In this document: positions 63,688 to 64,000 of the stretch, piece by piece
Layout of the letters: every line of letters begins with the position of its first letter
Position numbering within the stretch: the first letter of the stretch is position 1
Assembly: GCF_038025025.1 (NCBI RefSeq)
Contig: NW_027117352.1
Coordinates: forward strand, 248,001-312,000
DNA from: Phyllosticta citribraziliensis
Taxonomy: Eukaryota
DNA: 64,000 bases
Reading direction: 5' to 3'
Position numbers and translations under genes: made by a program
The notes under the pieces: model-generated
The model's input: only the letters and a program-made list of their open reading frames with translations
What the model was told of the DNA's origin: nothing
Database searches by the model: none

Positions 63688-64000
63688 GTTTGCGGTTGTG
63701 TGGGTGAGAGCGTGTGTGTGGTGTAGAAGGCAGACGTCGTCAGGTTGCCGCCGTAAAGAGGATGGCGGGGTGGGTTGGTGGTGGTGGTGGTTGTGCGAGA
63801 ATGCCGTAAAACTGCGAGGGTCGCCTTTCAACAGTCGTTGTCGAGTACAAGGGCGAGAAAGCGAGGAGGAGAAAATAGGGCGCTCAAGGCGTAGGCTCGG
63901 TCAAAAGTGCGATGCGTTGAAACCTCAAGCCGGGAGACGTGTGGATGGGCAGCCGGGCAGAATACTGACAACAGCAAGAGTGCGAGGTTTGTGGTGACTA

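Overview
This is eukaryotic, GC-rich, intron-containing genomic DNA from a filamentous ascomycete (Pezizomycotina; a Dothideomycete is my guess from gene content and style). Introns are short, of the GT...CTRAC...YAG type. About 16 protein-coding genes are supported: a DHA1-type MFS transporter (5'-truncated), a 4CL-like AMP-binding ligase, a GT25 glycosyltransferase, a single-pass membrane protein, a compact Zn2Cys6 TF + DHDPS-family aldolase + ACS-family MFS cluster, a cytochrome b5/acyl-CoA dehydrogenase fusion, a UBL-AN1 zinc-finger protein, an MCT-type MFS, a type-B carboxylesterase, a large uncharacterised protein with an 87-aa tandem duplication, a WSC sensor, a 77-aa hydrophilic protein, a HET-domain protein, a Sec7-PH Arf-GEF and a PP28/PDAP1-like protein. 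There are also two convergent tRNA genes and a RIP-like AT-rich MITE. The most striking observation is an elongator tRNA-Met(CAT) gene at 32238-32407. Besides a normal tRNA intron after position 37, it is interrupted in its anticodon stem by a 63-nt spliceosomal-type intron (GTATGT...CTAAC...TAG). Removing both introns restores a complete 74-nt cloverleaf. Other notable points are a 3-nt microexon in the acyl-CoA dehydrogenase gene and a dense shared CGGATT motif in both promoters of the TF-aldolase-transporter cluster. All calls come from manual reading; no database searches were run.
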